NCBI GenBank assembly: GCA_963840855.1
Contig: CAWJBB010000061.1
Location: forward strand, 64,001 to 128,000
Length of the DNA: 64,000 nucleotides
Origin: an uncultured delta proteobacterium
GTDB lineage: Bacteria > Desulfobacterota > Binatia > UBA9968
Reading direction: 5' to 3'
Shown here piece by piece: positions 63,154 to 64,000 of this stretch. Each line of letters starts with the position of its first letter. The first letter of the stretch is position 1. The notes below the pieces were generated by a model that ran no database searches, was not told the origin of the DNA, and saw only the letters and a program-made list of their open reading frames with translations. The translations under genes and the position numbers were made by a program.

Positions 63154-63456
63154 ATGGCCTTTACCAAGATTTGCAAAATCAGCGACGTGAAAGCCGGCTG
63201 CGGCAGGGGTGTTGAAATCAATGGGAAAAATGTCGCGGTTTTTAACCTGGATGGGAATTATTACGCGATTAACGATATTTGCGGCCATCGGGGCGGCCCG
63301 CTCTCCGAGGGGGAAGTCGACGGCACGACGGTAATCTGCCCGTGGCACGGGTGGCGCTACAACGTCACCAACGGAGACAACGAATTGATTCCCGCCCTGC
63401 CAACCGAAAAGTACGAATTGAAGATTGAAGACGACGATATCCTCGTCGACATCTGA
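63154..63456 (+). CDS. Rieske [2Fe-2S] ferredoxin
   Basis: CGHRGGPL...CPWHGW. Confidence 0.92.
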   Translation: MAFTKICKISDVKAGCGRGVEINGKNVAVFNLDGNYYAINDICGHRGGPLSEGEVDGTTVICPWHGWRYNVTNGDNELIPALPTEKYELKIEDDDILVDI

Positions 63457-63563
63457 CGATTCAATCACCCAAGACTACACATCATATCGCGGCAAGACGC
63501 AAAGTGACTCGCCTTGTCATTTCGACCGAAGGGAGAAATCTTTCTTAGATCCCTCGCATTTGC

Positions 63564-63695
63564 CAGACTGTGCGAAAACTGCGTTCATGGTTCGACGGGG
63601 CTCACCACGAACGGATGTCAGACATTACAAATCAAATATTTAGCCGTTCGCCCTGAGCGTCGTCGAAGGGCTCCTAAGAGTTTTCACACAGTCTG
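63564..63695. mobile_element. MITE-like element with 17-bp terminal inverted repeats
   Basis: cagactgtgcgaaaact ... agttttcacacagtctg enclosing inner inverted REP-like arms. Confidence 0.7.
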
Positions 63696-63752
63696 ACGTT
63701 GCAGCGAGGCGATTGAGCGCAACGAAGCATATGGGTCTTTTTCAGCAGCCTG

Positions 63753-64000
63753 CTAGCTTTTGAAATGAAGCCCTAGGTAATCCCGTAACGCGTCCCGCGT
63801 GCTGTCGAAGGCGAGTTCATCCCACGGAATCTCATTCGGTTTGAAAACCCTGGCATCCACCGATTCGTCCGCGGCGGCCAGCGTGCCGCTGACCACCTCG
63901 GCCGTGTAAACTACGATTACATTGGGCGAGCGCGGATAAGAATAAACGTTAAGCAACGGCCCAAGTTTCACGTCTAAGTTCGATTCTTCTTTAGTTTCTC
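63753..64000 (-). CDS. NUDIX hydrolase, C-terminal part (5' truncated by window edge)
   Basis: ETKEESNLDV end of Nudix box, LLNVYS, DES..A..F...EIPWDELAF. Confidence 0.85.
   Translation of the reverse strand, partial: ETKEESNLDVKLGPLLNVYSYPRSPNVIVVYTAEVVSGTLAAADESVDARVFKPNEIPWDELAFDSTRDALRDYLGLHFKS

Overview
GC-rich bacterial chromosomal window. The gene content (orphan NMT1/TauA-like binding proteins, Grd-like pair, paralogous amidohydrolases and M24 proteins, many short REP/MITE repeats) resembles Candidatus Binatia / deltaproteobacterial-type soil bacteria; this is inference only. From left to right: ruvA-ruvC-yebC, rlpA, acnA; a c-di-GMP-I riboswitch upstream of a repeat-rich surface protein gene; an orphan ExeA-like ATPase; a catabolic region interrupted by an assimilatory sulfate-reduction/siroheme operon; peptidases, argJ and housekeeping genes. 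The main hidden signal is three genes broken in the ORF track by an in-frame TGA at the catalytic position, each followed by a SECIS-like hairpin, i.e. predicted selenoproteins. One is a GrdB-like protein with a non-canonical U-x-x-G-x-x-S motif. The other two are BCP/PrxQ peroxiredoxins, which bracket a co-oriented block: CysL-like LysR, twin ATAG-N7-CTAT boxes, fungal-Egt1-like sulfoxide synthase, DUF427 and a signal-less PhnD-like protein. This block is the best candidate for an undescribed S/Se antioxidant system. Several genes carry single-base frameshifts that look like long-read errors. All family assignments come from motif recognition by eye, with no database search.
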